From the sequence record NC_042013.1: DNA of 64,000 nt; one strand, 5' to 3'. This document shows, one piece after another, positions 61,368 through 64,000 of this stretch. A program made the position numbers and the translations under genes. Within the stretch, counting starts at the first letter, position 1. Every line of letters starts with the position of its first letter. The notes under the pieces are model-generated. The model was not told the origin of the DNA, did no database searches, and was given only the letters and a program-made list of their open reading frames with translations.

Positions 61368-61982
61368 TCAGTACCCAACAATTTCAAGTCTTTGTTTCAA
61401 AAAATTTTTAAAAATCTCATTGATATCATATGATTCTTTAGAATGTAATTTCATTACTGGTTTATCAACGAGCACTTCTAAATTGTCGATTTTATACAAA
61501 TAGTCATCATCGTTTATTTGTTCTATTTTGTACGGAAGACCACCAATCAAATCAATACCTTCAATCATATTATAAATTCGAATCGTTTTATAAAAGTTTT
61601 CACGTTGATTAATATTATGATCAAGTTCATCAAAAACGCCAATTCTTTCGAAATTTGGCCCAAATGATGATATTTCATAATGATCATTTTTGATAAGGGA
61701 ATCATATGTTTTCCATACGATATAAAAATCGGTATCTCTAATAATTTTTTTGTTATCAATCAAACCGTCCAGTATTTTATGTTCATCTACAAATATTCCC
61801 AAAAAATGAACAGGTGGATCACTTTCATTAAAAGACATGAAATTAACAAAAGAATTCAAATGAACTTTATAATCTTCACGTATATAATCAAATTCTTCAG
61901 CGTAATTGGTATCACACAATAGGGTAGTTATCAGGCCGCCCTCGGTTAAAAACCCATACTTATCTGTTTCGAACATACTCAT
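61368..61982 (-). CDS. hypothetical protein (N-term paralogue of 61960..62559)
   Basis: MFETD..GFLTE.GL.T. Confidence 0.65.
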   Translation of the reverse strand: MSMFETDKYGFLTEGGLITTLLCDTNYAEEFDYIREDYKVHLNSFVNFMSFNESDPPVHFLGIFVDEHKILDGLIDNKKIIRDTDFYIVWKTYDSLIKNDHYEISSFGPNFERIGVFDELDHNINQRENFYKTIRIYNMIEGIDLIGGLPYKIEQINDDDYLYKIDNLEVLVDKPVMKLHSKESYDINEIFKNFLKQRLEIVGY

Positions 61983-62559
61983 ATGCCTTTTTTATGGTTC
62001 GTTTTACGTTTGAATGAGTTCCTGACATTAACGCAAACTCGGAAACTATCCAATTGTTTTTTGCGGTCCTTTTTCCAGAAAAAGCATACGTCGAATCAAT
62101 CGAGGACTGATACTCTGCTACTTGAGTAATAGTCCCAAGAGAAAATTCCATTTGACCCTTATTATCAGAAGTGTATTCGTGATATACCATCAATTCATGT
62201 AACGCACTAATATAAATCGATGTACAAATTTCGGCACGAGTTGGTTTTTTCCATTCATGCGTGGCATCCATAAAAATCATTCTCGACGCGTTTTTGACAT
62301 TAACATAAACAATCGATCCACGACGCTCAATGGGATATAAAGACACGTCATTTACGTTATATGCTCTAAAGTCAGAAATGATATTATCGTAATCAACAAA
62401 AATACCATGATATGAATAACGACCATCATAGTTTTGTTCGGATGTTACCTTATCCATACGGGTATTATCCTTCAAAAAATCTACAAATTTCGAATCCCTT
62501 AGAATAACAGTCATTAGACCATTTTCAGTTAAAAACCCATGACGATCTGTTTCGAACAT
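61960..62559 (-). CDS. hypothetical protein
   Basis: MFETDRHGFLTENGL. Confidence 0.65.
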   Translation of the reverse strand: MFETDRHGFLTENGLMTVILRDSKFVDFLKDNTRMDKVTSEQNYDGRYSYHGIFVDYDNIISDFRAYNVNDVSLYPIERRGSIVYVNVKNASRMIFMDATHEWKKPTRAEICTSIYISALHELMVYHEYTSDNKGQMEFSLGTITQVAEYQSSIDSTYAFSGKRTAKNNWIVSEFALMSGTHSNVKRTIKKAYEYVRNR

Positions 62560-62578
62560 ATTAAAATTCCCTAAAATA

Positions 62579-62602
62579 TTAAAGGGGCCTAAGCCCCTTT
62601 AA
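62579..62602. terminator. hairpin terminator
   Basis: TTAAAGGGGC/GCCCCTTTAA. Confidence 0.8.
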
Positions 62603-62603
62603 A

Positions 62604-62714
62604 TTACTTACCAACGGTGTCCTTGGTCTTGGAAACTGCGTCCTTAAACCACTGTGGGGAAGGGATAAGCCAACCAACAGCAACGCCAATAACCAATGCA
62701 ATTACATAACCCAT
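62604..62714 (-). CDS. 36-aa single-TM protein
   Basis: MGYVIALVIGVAVGWLIPSPQWFKDAVSKTKDTVGK; SD AAGGA. Confidence 0.6.
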   Translation of the reverse strand: MGYVIALVIGVAVGWLIPSPQWFKDAVSKTKDTVGK

Positions 62715-62715
62715 G

Positions 62716-62967
62716 TTAAATATCCTTCTTTAGTTTCTTGTTTCTACGAACTGCTTCATTACGCTTCTTACGACGAATTTGGCCTTTCGTTTCGTGGTAC
62801 TCATTTTGACGAAGGTCTTTGACAAGACCCTCTGACGAAACACGACGCTTCAAAGCTTTGATTGCTTTTTCCAAATTCGATTTCGCTTCGTTTTCATTAT
62901 TAGCTAGACGAACAGGGACTGTCAACCCTTTTTTGTTCAATCTATCGCCATAACTATGTGCACTCAT
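62716..62967 (-). CDS. rpsU: ribosomal protein bS21 homologue
   Basis: LEKAIKALKRR..SEG..K..R..EYHE....RRKKR.EA.RR. Confidence 0.85.
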   Translation of the reverse strand: MSAHSYGDRLNKKGLTVPVRLANNENEAKSNLEKAIKALKRRVSSEGLVKDLRQNEYHETKGQIRRKKRNEAVRRNKKLKKDI

Positions 62968-62999
62968 ATGTATATCCTTAATTTTTTTTATAATTGCCT

Positions 63000-63046
63000 T
63001 ATTTATACGAGATTCAACCTTTATTTGTCAATACCTATTGACAAAT
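63000..63046. promoter_or_regulatory. back-to-back TTGACA palindrome plus perfect late promoter TATAAATA toward bS21
   Basis: ATTTGTCAATA-CC-TATTGACAAAT 63023-63046; TATAAATA (minus) 63000-63007. Confidence 0.7.
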
Positions 63047-63114
63047 TTTAGGAAACCAGTAAAACTGAGGTGAAATTCATAATGTAGTATTATTTATCAT
63101 AAAAGGATGATTCC

Positions 63115-63402
63115 ATGTTCAAAACTGAAATCGAATTCAAAACTGAAAGTGATCGGGATGAATTTAACGCTCTCCTAGAAGCATATACGAACAAATACCA
63201 TGACGATGGAGTACACGATGAAATTCAGAAGCTCTCACGTGTATATGGATCAGACGATAACGTTCATTTTAATGGTAATTTTATCAATGAGGAAAACGCA
63301 ATTCCTGATTCGAGCAAAGACTGCATCATTATTGATGTTAATATTCCTAAAGCAACATCAGGTGATGCACTTCGTTTTGCTCTAATAAACCAGCTAACAT
63401 AA
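63115..63402 (+). CDS. hypothetical protein
   Basis: SD AAGGA. Confidence 0.6.
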   Translation: MFKTEIEFKTESDRDEFNALLEAYTNKYHDDGVHDEIQKLSRVYGSDDNVHFNGNFINEENAIPDSSKDCIIIDVNIPKATSGDALRFALINQLT

Positions 63403-63419
63403 AGACACAGATATCCATA

Positions 63420-63692
63420 AAAGGCATAAAGCATAATCCTTTATAAAATCTATATAGATTTTTAAGGAGTTGATAGTCAATAGCAAACGCTAACGCTTAC
63501 TTGCTATTGCTATCTTCAGGAAAACAAAACGCTTACGCTTATCTGTTTTCCTTTTTTTAAAATACTGAATATTAGATTTTTTGATAATTTTAATTATCTA
63601 TAAAGAATAAGAATATAATCTTTATATTCATAGATCAAGTTTTTATCCCCCCGCTATCAAAACGTAAAAAAAATATTTGATAGCAGGGGGAT
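63420..63692. other. AT-rich non-coding hairpin cluster (candidate replication origin)
   Basis: 18-bp palindrome, two hairpins with ACGCT(A/T)ACGCTTA loops, 17-bp IR. Confidence 0.45.
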
Positions 63693-63700
63693 TTTAATCT

Positions 63701-64000
63701 TTGACATTCATGAGTCGCGGTAGTAAACGAGAATATTCGTGGCGGTTGTCCTGTACCCTTCAAATTCTCGGAAAATCTGCATTTCTGCAACAACGGGTTT
63801 GTACGGCATTTGTACATTATATAGCGTCTGCTTTACTACGCAACACACGCTATACAGAAGTTTTCACTTTCGGAAAGAGCTTCTTCATTTCACTTGCCAT
63901 CAGCAAGGTGAATCTTTCATTATCTTACTAGGAGATAATACGGCGTTCCATCGTTTTAGGAAATCCTGCCTACGGGCCTAAAACGAACTACATTCCGGTC
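63701..64000 (+). ncRNA. candidate large structured RNA, truncated by window edge
   Basis: TTGACA-17-TAAACG promoter followed by at least 6 contiguous hairpins with plus-strand G-U pairs. Confidence 0.5.

Noticed and set aside
63635-63981. Three short ORFs in the terminal non-coding region
   Set aside because: Atypical composition, mutually overlapping, no SD; better explained by RNA/DNA structure
1-64000. Genome-wide UGA-to-Trp recoding
   Set aside because: gp46, gp47, gp55, gp5 and ClpP are uninterrupted in code 11, Trp uses TGG, and many genes end at TGA in ATGA overlaps

Overview
This 64-kb window comes from a large, AT-rich T4-like myovirus genome. Evidence: the T4 gp55-47-46 block (late sigma factor plus recombination nuclease), a baseplate cluster (gp26, gp51, gp48/54-like, gp53, hub, gp5), and TAAATA/TATAAATA late promoters alongside TTGACA sigma70 promoters. 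The host is probably an alphaproteobacterium (Rhizobiales), inferred from DUF1127, an Omp25/RopB-like barrel and a host-like ClpP. Most of the window is accessory genes, including many short paralogous ORFs. Recognisable enzymes include a DNA methyltransferase, 2OG oxygenase, ATP-grasp, HNH, M15 endolysin, metallophosphoesterase, RNase H, 2H phosphoesterase, SLT, M15A, macrodomain, NADAR, DEDDh exonuclease, ClpP, ClpS, AAA ATPase, Pth2, MazG-like, Holliday junction resolvase, thymidine kinase, Hsp20 and bS21. Most notable signals: (1) an ncRNA operon with tRNA-Cys, a tRNA-like RNA and a 63-nt RNA that has a second copy 20 kb away; (2) a recurrent design in which a promoter overlaps the arm of a hairpin that blocks the gene's own ribosome-binding site; (3) pseudo-enzymes, namely a stand-alone ThrRS TGS/editing module with mutated catalytic His residues and a Walker-A-dead terminase ATPase paralogue; (4) a gp5 spike ending in a lysozyme plus a trypsin-like protease; (5) a UCA-anticodon tRNA in a standard-code genome; (6) a promoter-driven sponge-like sRNA, and a hairpin-dense non-coding region at the right edge. 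All family calls are motif recognition by eye, not database results.
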